A stretch of DNA of 41,120 nt from a virus (Duplodnaviria; Caudoviricetes), in the IMG/VR virus record IMGVR_UViG_3300020045_007165, positions 1 to 41,120 of that record. One strand, written 5' to 3'. Of the stretch, positions 8,379 to 14,913 are shown piece after piece; positions within the stretch are counted from its first letter, which is position 1; every line of letters begins with the position of its first letter. The notes under the pieces are model-generated. The model ran no database searches, was not told the DNA's origin, and was given only the letters and a program-made list of their open reading frames with translations. The position numbers and the translations under genes were made by a program.

Positions 8379-8441
8379 GGGTTTATTCCTTTGTTTGTGT
8401 AGCAGCAAAGTATTTCTAAATTCCCCTGCCGCTACAAAACA

Positions 8442-8523
8442 ACCCTAGCATGGGTGAAAAGGTATTGCAACAAAAAAGATAATATTTTTATCTATTGACT
8501 TATCAATTAGATAGGAATATTAT
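8442..8523. promoter_or_regulatory. Divergent promoter hub 1 with candidate operator
   Basis: Rightward TTGACT(8495)-17-TATTAT(8518); leftward TTGCAA(8470)-17-TAGGGT(8447); imperfect inverted repeat tatctattga-ctta-tcaattagata over the rightward -35. Confidence 0.65.
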
Positions 8524-8545
8524 CACCATAAAGGAGTATATTTTT

Positions 8546-8728
8546 ATGAAATCAATCGAGAAAAAACTAGTTCAAGTGCGTATTCCACATGCATTATATA
8601 AAGAAATAGAAGAACACGCCGAAATACATGGGCGCAGTAAAGGTAGCGAAACGGCAATTCTAGTGCAGGAAGCTATGGCGGCGCGGAATAATACAGTATT
8701 TCAGTTTGCAAAGCCAAAGAAGAAATAA
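8546..8728 (+). CDS. Arc-family ribbon-helix-helix repressor
   Basis: VQVRIPHALYKEIEEHAEIHGRS; RBS AAGGAG before ATG 8546. Confidence 0.85.
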   Translation: MKSIEKKLVQVRIPHALYKEIEEHAEIHGRSKGSETAILVQEAMAARNNTVFQFAKPKKK

Positions 8729-8734
8729 CGAAAC

Positions 8735-8817
8735 ACCACCCCGCGCTTGCAGGGTGAGGGGTGGTTAGGGGATAAAAGCATTGCGCGAGTCGCGTTTACG
8801 CTTTTATCCCTGATTTT
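8735..8817 (+). terminator. Tandem hairpins after the Arc gene (terminator/attenuator candidate)
   Basis: accacccc/ggggtggt (8 bp) and gggataaaagc/gcttttatccc (11 bp) followed by tgatttt. Confidence 0.5.
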
Positions 8818-8841
8818 AACGGGTGAATGGAGGGTGAGAAT

Positions 8842-8976
8842 ATGGATGCGATTCTTTATACTTTAGTGTTGGCTGCTTGTATGTGTTTTTGCTTAGGACA
8901 CATACACGGCAGGCTTGAAAAAATATGGTTAGCCCTAGACGAGCTTGACCGCAAGAAATTGGATGCAGAAATATGA
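8842..8976 (+). CDS. Small N-terminal TM protein (44 aa); not in the track
   Basis: RBS GGAGG; MDAILYTLVLAACMCFCLGHIHGRLEKIW... Confidence 0.55.
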   Translation: MDAILYTLVLAACMCFCLGHIHGRLEKIWLALDELDRKKLDAEI

Positions 8977-9053
8977 ACTCATTTAGCCTGATACCCAATT
9001 AACCCCAACCCCCGCCCAGCAGGCAAAACCGATGCAAAGAGAGTGAGGAAGAA

Positions 9054-9254
9054 ATGACCGCAAAAACCATATTTGCTCTATTATGCCTCGCGCAAGGAAT
9101 TGCCGTTGGCTACGGATTTTATCAAGCAAGCATAAACGATAGCAAGAAATGGGCTATTTTCTGCGCCATTATGCTTGGCGGCATGTTTATGGATTTTCAA
9201 TTCGCAAAAACAAATTATATCCTTATGGGATTTTTGAAAGGACTTGGTTTATGA
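9054..9254 (+). CDS. Small 2-TM membrane protein
   Basis: RBS GAGG; two hydrophobic segments. Confidence 0.65.
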   Translation: MTAKTIFALLCLAQGIAVGYGFYQASINDSKKWAIFCAIMLGGMFMDFQFAKTNYILMGFLKGLGL

Positions 9255-9391
9255 CCAACGACCCGATATCTCGCTGTAGATGCAAGACACTCAGCCGAAA
9301 ACGCTGCAAACGCAATGTATATGCTGGCGGGAATTGTTTTCAGCATTATTGGATACGGATTAAAGACATGAGAGAAAGGTACGCATTATGA
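9251..9391 (+). CDS. Small basic C3H Zn-binding protein
   Basis: ATGA-coupled MTNDPISRCRCKT....RCKR......CFQH. Confidence 0.55.
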   Translation: MTNDPISRCRCKTLSRKRCKRNVYAGGNCFQHYWIRIKDMRERYAL

Positions 9392-9798
9392 CCAACGACC
9401 TGATACGCGAGAGCTTGAGGCCATGTCCTTTTTGTGGGGGTGAAGCTAGGCTTAGACCGTTGGGTGACTGCTTAACGGCATGGTGCGAGTGCATTGCCTG
9501 CGGATGCTCTATTCACGCTTTAACTGATGATAACGCTTGCATGATATGGAACACCCGCACCCACCAAGACACCGAAATGCAGCGTTTGAGGGATGTGATT
9601 GCGAGGTGTAGGGATGCTATGCAAACTTGTTTTTCTGGGCATATTAAGCAAGCCCTAGCCGAGTGCGATGCTGTGTTAAAGAATACGCTCACTACAGGAC
9701 TGCCAGAAATGGCGGCTGCAAATCAGGAACCTGAATTAACAGGTGATTCCATCGGACGCGATGGCGTAGGGCGCTCATGTGAAGGAGAGAACTTATGA
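9388..9798 (+). CDS. Lar-family (restriction alleviation-like) Zn-ribbon protein
   Basis: LRPCPFCGGEA...CIACG...WNTR. Confidence 0.8.
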   Translation: MTNDLIRESLRPCPFCGGEARLRPLGDCLTAWCECIACGCSIHALTDDNACMIWNTRTHQDTEMQRLRDVIARCRDAMQTCFSGHIKQALAECDAVLKNTLTTGLPEMAAANQEPELTGDSIGRDGVGRSCEGENL

Positions 9799-9968
9799 AC
9801 TACCTCCCCGACTTCCAACCTTTATACAAAAGCCGTATGCCCAAAGCGCACATCGAAAACCAGCTTCGCTTTGAGGCACTGGAAAAGCGTATCGAACAGT
9901 GCATTACACTATTAGAGCATTTATCGAGTAGGGTTCACATTATGGAAACTAGGGGTAGTGACGAGTAG
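9795..9968 (+). CDS. Hypothetical protein (57 aa); not in the track
   Basis: RBS AAGGAG, ATGA coupling; MNYLPDFQPLYK... Confidence 0.6.
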   Translation: MNYLPDFQPLYKSRMPKAHIENQLRFEALEKRIEQCITLLEHLSSRVHIMETRGSDE

Positions 9969-10179
9969 CCTTCATAATCAATTCAGCTTTGCGTTCCAAC
10001 TCCAAAAGCCTATCATCCACACCCACGTTAATACCTTCGGCCACTTTCATCCATATGGCAAGTAGGTCTAGGGTTTTATTGATATTAATGAGCGTGGCAG
10101 TATTGGCTTGCTGGCATCTGAATATCTTTTCTAGCGCATCACGCATATCTTTGGGGGTTGATAAATCTATTACGGTCAT
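9949..10179 (-). CDS. Hypothetical coiled-coil protein
   Basis: ATGA-coupled end of the leftward recombination operon. Confidence 0.65.
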   Translation of the reverse strand: MTVIDLSTPKDMRDALEKIFRCQQANTATLININKTLDLLAIWMKVAEGINVGVDDRLLELERKAELIMKATRHYP

Positions 10180-10382
10180 GCACGTTCCTTAATTAACCAG
10201 TAGCGCGAGCGTAATCCGCCATGTGTCGAAGTCTCTTTCCGTGATGTTATGTGGTAGCCTAAATCTTTCAGCTCACAGACACGTTTGGGCAGACTATGGC
10301 CTTCGTGGAAATCATCAAAGGTCACTCCAATGCGTTTCTTCTTCCTAAGCGTTGCAAGGACTCGTTCTAAGCATGGTTTCAT
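10176..10382 (-). CDS. Small winged-helix DNA-binding protein
   Basis: L..RV.EL...GY.I.......RYWL pattern; RBS GAGG. Confidence 0.65.
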   Translation of the reverse strand: MKPCLERVLATLRKKKRIGVTFDDFHEGHSLPKRVCELKDLGYHITSRKETSTHGGLRSRYWLIKERA

Positions 10383-10391
10383 GATAGCCTC

Positions 10392-10637
10392 CTATGGTTG
10401 TTTAATATCACGGGCTTTCAGCATTGCATCAGCGAATTGGTAAGCCGCGTTTGCATGCCAATCTTGCAGCCATTCTGATTCGGCTTTGAAGTTTTCTGGC
10501 ATTTTCTTGCCCATCATGCGCTCAAAAAAACGCACTGTTTTATCGCTGTCGCCTTGTAGAGCGCGGGCAAGATACTCGTTTGAAAGCATACCGTTTAAGG
10601 CTTCTATAGCGATTAAATCTCTTAGTTGTGTGGTCAT
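10392..10637 (-). CDS. Conserved phage hypothetical protein
   Basis: LRDLIA..ALNGML...AYQFADAMLKAR motif. Confidence 0.8.
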   Translation of the reverse strand: MTTQLRDLIAIEALNGMLSNEYLARALQGDSDKTVRFFERMMGKKMPENFKAESEWLQDWHANAAYQFADAMLKARDIKQP

Positions 10638-10646
10638 AACAATCTC

Positions 10647-11075
10647 CTAATAGTTTTGGTTTTCGTTTGGTTCGGGAATATCAAATTGATTGGCAGCCGC
10701 CCATTGTCGGCATAAAGTGTGATAACCTTCACATTGTGCGGTTGTTAGGTCATTATAGGAAAGCCTACCCGCGTCCGGCTCACCAGTGAAGGGGTTTACA
10801 TAAGGATTGGAAAACCCGCCTATAAACCGCATCATGCTGTCGTGCATCTGGTCTTTATCGAAAAACTTTCCTTGTGAGCCGAAATAAACAATAAAGGCAG
10901 GCACAATCACAGAGAAATAATATTTACGCTGCCTGTCACTGGATGATTCTTTCCACTCACTTACGGCAATCTTAATCCGCTTCCCCGCCATAGTGGCTAT
11001 GACATTCGCCATTATAAGACGGGAATCATCGGTTAGCCTGCCGGAATCGGGGACGAAAAAGGAAAATGACTTCAT
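10647..11075 (-). CDS. NinB/YbcN-like recombination accessory protein
   Basis: S..QRKYYF.VI...H......S..LTT......C..WA....IPEP pattern; next to ERF. Confidence 0.6.
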   Translation of the reverse strand: MKSFSFFVPDSGRLTDDSRLIMANVIATMAGKRIKIAVSEWKESSSDRQRKYYFSVIVPAFIVYFGSQGKFFDKDQMHDSMMRFIGGFSNPYVNPFTGEPDAGRLSYNDLTTAQCEGYHTLCRQWAAANQFDIPEPNENQNY

Positions 11076-11467
11076 TTTTTCTTAATCCTGTATGAAAGTT
11101 TAGGCTCGCCCGTGTGGAAACTTGCCCAGTTAGGCATTTCACCTTCTGGCAGTGATTCGATATATTCGCCAATCTCACGCAATTTCGGCTTGCGCTCTAT
11201 TTTGCAAAACTCATCCGGCGTGGCCTCAGAATCGGCTTTTACTGACTTTCTAGGGGTGGTGTAGTAAATCTGGTAGTTTTGTAGCTCGCCCTCGATATTA
11301 ACCTCAAACTCGCCTGTTTCAGCTAGATATGCCGCTACATTATCACGGCATTTGTCAGCTTCATTTTCGGCAAGCTGCAAATCGGAGGCGAGTTTCTTTG
11401 CCACTTCTTTTATTCTGTAGATTTCGGCATCAGCTTTCATCCACTCGATTAATGCATCTTCTATCAT
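11072..11467 (-). CDS. Siphovirus Gp157-like protein
   Basis: Coiled coil then PDEF.K...P....I pattern; adjacent to recombinase. Confidence 0.55.
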   Translation of the reverse strand: MIEDALIEWMKADAEIYRIKEVAKKLASDLQLAENEADKCRDNVAAYLAETGEFEVNIEGELQNYQIYYTTPRKSVKADSEATPDEFCKIERKPKLREIGEYIESLPEGEMPNWASFHTGEPKLSYRIKKK

Positions 11468-12177
11468 AACTTACCTTTCGGGGCTTCGGATTTGAACGCT
11501 TCAACCTTAGAAGTGTAAATAGCGCGGATTTCAGCAGCGGCAGCGGAATCAGCAACATCTTGGCTTGCACCCATGATGATTAGTTTCTCATGATAAAGAG
11601 TCTCCGCATCCTTTAGACGAATAAGGGAATCCGCTTGCTCAAAGGCTCCCTTGCAGTTAGCAACCCACATTCTGCGAAGCTCGTCGGATTCAAACACGCC
11701 CACACGTTTACCGGCAAACTCTTTCTTTTCCGCATCTGTATCTTGCTCACCCTCGGTTGGTATGTTGAAGGTGTTGATAGCAAATATCTTATAGGCTTGC
11801 GAAAGGGCTTTTTGCGTTGCTTTATCGGAATAATCCACCGCCTCGGCAATCATCGGGATTGTTACCTTAGAATCATCGTTTGTGTTCACTAGGTCAAACT
11901 CTACGCTGATAATCACCCATAACGAAAAGCCCCCGTTTTTAGTGGAGCGTTCTTTTTCCTCACGGCTTAAAACTCTTGGCAGGATATTCAAAGCACACTC
12001 TTTTTGAAGCGGGGCTATCACGTTGCGAATATCGTCAATGCCACGGAATTTATATTTAATGTCACCGTTGCCGCCCTTGTCTTTTGCAATACCTTCTTTT
12101 GCCAGCAACTCCGTCATGCGCTCGATTGACTTGTGAACGCCAACTATTTTCTCAGCTTCTTTTTTCGGTTCCGTCAT
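11464..12177 (-). CDS. erf: ERF-family single-strand annealing recombinase
   Basis: YKFRGIDDI, AEAVDYSDKATQKALSQAYK...FNIPT. Confidence 0.88.
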   Translation of the reverse strand: MTEPKKEAEKIVGVHKSIERMTELLAKEGIAKDKGGNGDIKYKFRGIDDIRNVIAPLQKECALNILPRVLSREEKERSTKNGGFSLWVIISVEFDLVNTNDDSKVTIPMIAEAVDYSDKATQKALSQAYKIFAINTFNIPTEGEQDTDAEKKEFAGKRVGVFESDELRRMWVANCKGAFEQADSLIRLKDAETLYHEKLIIMGASQDVADSAAAAEIRAIYTSKVEAFKSEAPKGKL

Positions 12178-12190
12178 AAATCCTCCATTG

Positions 12191-12346
12191 TTAAATTATT
12201 CCATCATCTTCTTCATTGCATGATTGGCAGTAAAACTCATCGCTAGGCTCGTCGTTTATTCCGTCCTCAGTATAACGATAAAATCCCTCTGGGTAAGCAT
12301 CGCAATCACATAATTCACCACACTTAGCGCATAGTATCATTGACAT
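12191..12346 (-). CDS. Small acidic Zn-ribbon protein (51 aa); not in the track
   Basis: MSMILCAKCG...FYCQSC; RBS GAGGAG. Confidence 0.65.
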   Translation of the reverse strand: MSMILCAKCGELCDCDAYPEGFYRYTEDGINDEPSDEFYCQSCNEEDDGII

Positions 12347-12492
12347 AAAAGCTCCTCTGGTGGGTTATTAATTAGTATCGCTGAAAAATCATCGACTATT
12401 TTATAATAATCATCCCGAGTTACTTGTGACATTCCGCTTGGAAGCCATACAAGCTTTCTGTCTATGTATTTTGCTACTTCATCATAAGTCAT
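12337..12492 (-). CDS. Hypothetical protein (51 aa), first gene of the recombination operon
   Basis: RBS AGGAGG before ATG 12492 (MTYDEVAKY). Confidence 0.65.
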   Translation of the reverse strand: MTYDEVAKYIDRKLVWLPSGMSQVTRDDYYKIVDDFSAILINNPPEELLCQ

Positions 12493-12515
12493 AAAATCCT
12501 CCTGTAAAATTGTTC

Positions 12516-12568
12516 TTGCTAACAACACTAAAGTAATGTATGTTTTTATCAATGTCAACACTAAAGTG
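12516..12568. promoter_or_regulatory. Divergent promoter hub 2 with two repeated operators
   Basis: Rightward TTGCTA(12516)-17-TATGTT(12539); leftward TTGACA(12558)-17-TACTTT(12535); caacactaaagt at 12523-12534 and 12556-12567. Confidence 0.75.
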
Positions 12569-12576
12569 AGGCGAAA

Positions 12577-12777
12577 ATGAAAAAAAATGTATTAGATTTA
12601 TTCAACGAGATTATAGCGGGATTTGATACGCGATTAAAGAAGCTTGGCATGAGTAAGCGGCGATTCTGCGAGATTTCTGGTGTGCATGAGAATACCATGT
12701 ATCACATGAAAAACCCGACGATTTATACGCTGCACAAGATTGAAAGAGCGTTGCGCGATATGGAGGCTAGAAAATGA
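12577..12777 (+). CDS. Cro/Xre-like HTH regulator
   Basis: LGMSKRRFCEISGVHENTMY...PTIYTLHKIERAL. Confidence 0.8.
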   Translation: MKKNVLDLFNEIIAGFDTRLKKLGMSKRRFCEISGVHENTMYHMKNPTIYTLHKIERALRDMEARK

Positions 12778-13229
12778 CAACACTTTTTCTTCCCTTCCCG
12801 CCTTCGGTAAACGGCATGTTCAATGGCAAGGTTCGCCGCTTCAAGAGCGATGGGTATAAACTATGGTTATTGGATGCGAAGCGGGAGCTTGATATTGCCA
12901 AGTATAAAGCTGGTTTTAGTTGGAAAAACCACATAGGCAAGGTTGAGGTTCACATGCTGTTACGCGCCCCCGATAACAGGGTGCAGGATGTGGATAATCG
13001 CATAAAGGCGGTACTCGACTTCCTCGTTACCCACCAAGTTATACAAGGCGATGATTCACGCTATGTTAGGGGTATATCGGCTTACTGGGCTGATGATGTA
13101 GGTGCGGCAGGGTGCGCGGTTGAAATAGTGGATGTAGTGCCGGTAACGAAGTGTAAGCCTGCCTACGCTATCGGATATAAACCTGATGTAACAGTACGCC
13201 CGAAACGGAGGGGTAACAAACATGACTGA
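12774..13229 (+). CDS. rusA: RusA-family Holliday junction resolvase
   Basis: LPFPPSVN; DVDNRIKAVLDFL....IQGDDS catalytic motif. Confidence 0.92.
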   Translation: MTTLFLPFPPSVNGMFNGKVRRFKSDGYKLWLLDAKRELDIAKYKAGFSWKNHIGKVEVHMLLRAPDNRVQDVDNRIKAVLDFLVTHQVIQGDDSRYVRGISAYWADDVGAAGCAVEIVDVVPVTKCKPAYAIGYKPDVTVRPKRRGNKHD

Positions 13230-13422
13230 GAAAAACATAGACGCACAAGGGGTTCAGGAATATCTAGCCCAGAATCCACAAATAAAGACCGTTTCATTTA
13301 CATGCTATCCTGATGAAAACAAGTTATTCTGGCGAGGCTTCAAAAGCACTTTAGGTGGATGTGCCGCGATAACATTAACAGTGTTTCTAGGTTCAGTGTT
13401 CAAATATTTAGTGAATTTGTAG
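13222..13422 (+). CDS. Small C-terminal TM protein
   Basis: RBS GGAGG; hydrophobic C-terminus. Confidence 0.6.
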   Translation: MTEKNIDAQGVQEYLAQNPQIKTVSFTCYPDENKLFWRGFKSTLGGCAAITLTVFLGSVFKYLVNL

Positions 13423-13470
13423 CCTATACTAACTAAATGAGTGAAATAGTACAATGGAGAGGAAAAACGC

Positions 13471-13653
13471 ATGACTGAAGAAACATCAGGAGAGATGCTA
13501 CAGAGATTAGGTATGGATGGCATGCTGTGGTCAATTGAAATGCACAAATATTTCCCGCAAGTTCCACAAGATGATTTGCTTGGATGGTGCTGCAATATGA
13601 TTATGGCTGGATATGATGCGCGTGACAGAGAAGTTAGAGGGGCAATGGCATGA
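13471..13653 (+). CDS. Conserved phage hypothetical protein
   Basis: D...W..........L.GW..N.IMAGYD motif; RBS GAGG. Confidence 0.7.
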   Translation: MTEETSGEMLQRLGMDGMLWSIEMHKYFPQVPQDDLLGWCCNMIMAGYDARDREVRGAMA

Positions 13654-13799
13654 ATGAACAAACCACACAAACTATTGAGCGAACCCTATCAGAGCGCATA
13701 GATATGGCTAGGCGTTGGCGCAAGCAGTTTAAATACACTGGCGATGAGGAATTTCTCATGAATATTATTGAGGATTTGTTAGCACAAAAGCCTTGGTAA
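13650..13799 (+). CDS. Hypothetical protein (49 aa); not in the track
   Basis: ATGA coupling; MNEQTTQTIERTLSERIDMARRW... Confidence 0.5.
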   Translation: MNEQTTQTIERTLSERIDMARRWRKQFKYTGDEEFLMNIIEDLLAQKPW

Positions 13800-13825
13800 A
13801 ACCCCTTGCACAAAAGGAATGACCT

Positions 13826-14068
13826 ATGAGTGAAGATTATTATTTAGTTTGTAATAAAAAGAAAATCTATATGCCGTTATTCTCCATGAATATGGGTGGT
13901 ATTGGATTATCTGATAAGAGGTGGGTTTTTGATTTTATTCTTGCTTGTGGCAGGGAGGAAATAAAACTTGTCCACGAGGACAGTGACGATATGCCAGAAG
14001 ACCGAGCCTATCCTGATACGGAATGGGTTTTTATGAACGCTTGGCATCCATATAAAGGCGAGGAATGA
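13826..14068 (+). CDS. Hypothetical protein
   Basis: RBS AAGGA; MS..YYLVC...K pattern. Confidence 0.7.
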   Translation: MSEDYYLVCNKKKIYMPLFSMNMGGIGLSDKRWVFDFILACGREEIKLVHEDSDDMPEDRAYPDTEWVFMNAWHPYKGEE

Positions 14069-14072
14069 TTGC

Positions 14073-14474
14073 ATGTACGCAAGAAACGAAACCACTGAAT
14101 CACCCATAGACATATCCAAAATAATCGACCTATCCATAAGCTATTGCCACAATGCAATGCCGTTTATGGACTTACAAAACCCCCGCATGTGGGTGAAGGA
14201 TGGTTGTAATATAGAATTGGATATTATTCCGGTGATGAAAGAAGTGATGCAGAAGAAAAAAGGCATTACATGCTATAAATATTTTTCCACCCCTATCTAT
14301 GTTGCAAGGGATAAAAGGCTCGTCAAAGAAAAGTATGAAGCTGAAAAACCCGCCATTGATTGCGAGGCTTACATAAAGATTTACCAGTGGAAGCGTGATA
14401 GAAATATGCCGCTTAAAGAGGCGGAATTAAAGGCTTTACAGGAATATGAAAATAAGCTTGCAATTCAGAAATAA
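14073..14474 (+). CDS. Protein resembling the C-terminal (DnaD-like) domain of phage replication initiators, without an N-terminal HTH
   Basis: W...GC..E.DI.P.........I....YF...I..ARD.R pattern recalled from alphaproteobacterial phage initiators; replication-module position. Confidence 0.45.
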   Translation: MYARNETTESPIDISKIIDLSISYCHNAMPFMDLQNPRMWVKDGCNIELDIIPVMKEVMQKKKGITCYKYFSTPIYVARDKRLVKEKYEAEKPAIDCEAYIKIYQWKRDRNMPLKEAELKALQEYENKLAIQK

Positions 14475-14486
14475 TAGGCGTATAAA
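14458..14486 (+). promoter_or_regulatory. Sigma70 promoter driving the long non-coding region
   Basis: TTGCAA(14458)-17-TATAAA(14481). Confidence 0.7.
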
Positions 14487-14554
14487 TAAGAAGCTCCCGC
14501 GAAGCTATTAACTTCCGAGAGCGTGGTAACTAGAACTTTGCGGGTGGTAGTTAC
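14484..14554 (-). ncRNA. Predicted ~70-nt two-hairpin antisense RNA
   Basis: Own promoter upstream; hairpin GUAACUA/UAGUUAC, then hairpin GCUCUCG-GAAG/CUUC-G-CGGGAGC followed by UUCUUAUUU (intrinsic terminator). Confidence 0.65.
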
Positions 14555-14895
14555 AGAGGCATTATGCATAAAGCAGAGCCTTCTGTCAAACAAAAACCTC
14601 ACAAAAACTAATTGCTACAATATAGAGACACGTTTTGTACGTCATTGCTCTCGGCTAGGGCGTGTTTTAAGAGGCTGCAATAGCGGTAGGATAGGCAGCA
14701 TAGAGTGAGTCGAAAAGGGAATCTCTAACCTAGGCGCAGCACTGCGTTAAGTCCCAAAGCTAGAGGCAGGTGATAATGCTCTCTGGTGTGCCTAAGCGAA
14801 AAGCTCCTATACGGTGTTCTTCCCGGCATTAGACTTCATGCTATTAATTTGGCAGGGAGTCTTTTGTACCATCCGTAGCCCCTACCGGTGTTATT
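14492..14895 (+). ncRNA. Predicted ~400-nt structured RNA or long leader
   Basis: No credible ORF; nested helices 14684-90/14881-87, 14691-99/14803-10, 14731-38/14787-94, 14760-65/14781-86, 14701-05/14723-27. Confidence 0.6.
14561..14589 (-). promoter_or_regulatory. Counter-oriented sigma70 promoter for the antisense RNA
   Basis: TTGACA(14589-14584)-17-CATAAT(14566-14561) on the minus strand. Confidence 0.75.
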
Positions 14896-14913
14896 AAGTA
14901 AGAAAGTATCTTT

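Noticed and set aside
14523-14708. 61-aa ORF as a protein or type I toxin
   Set aside because: GTG start without an RBS, not hydrophobic, overlaps the antisense promoter and RNA helices; a leader-peptide role cannot be fully excluded
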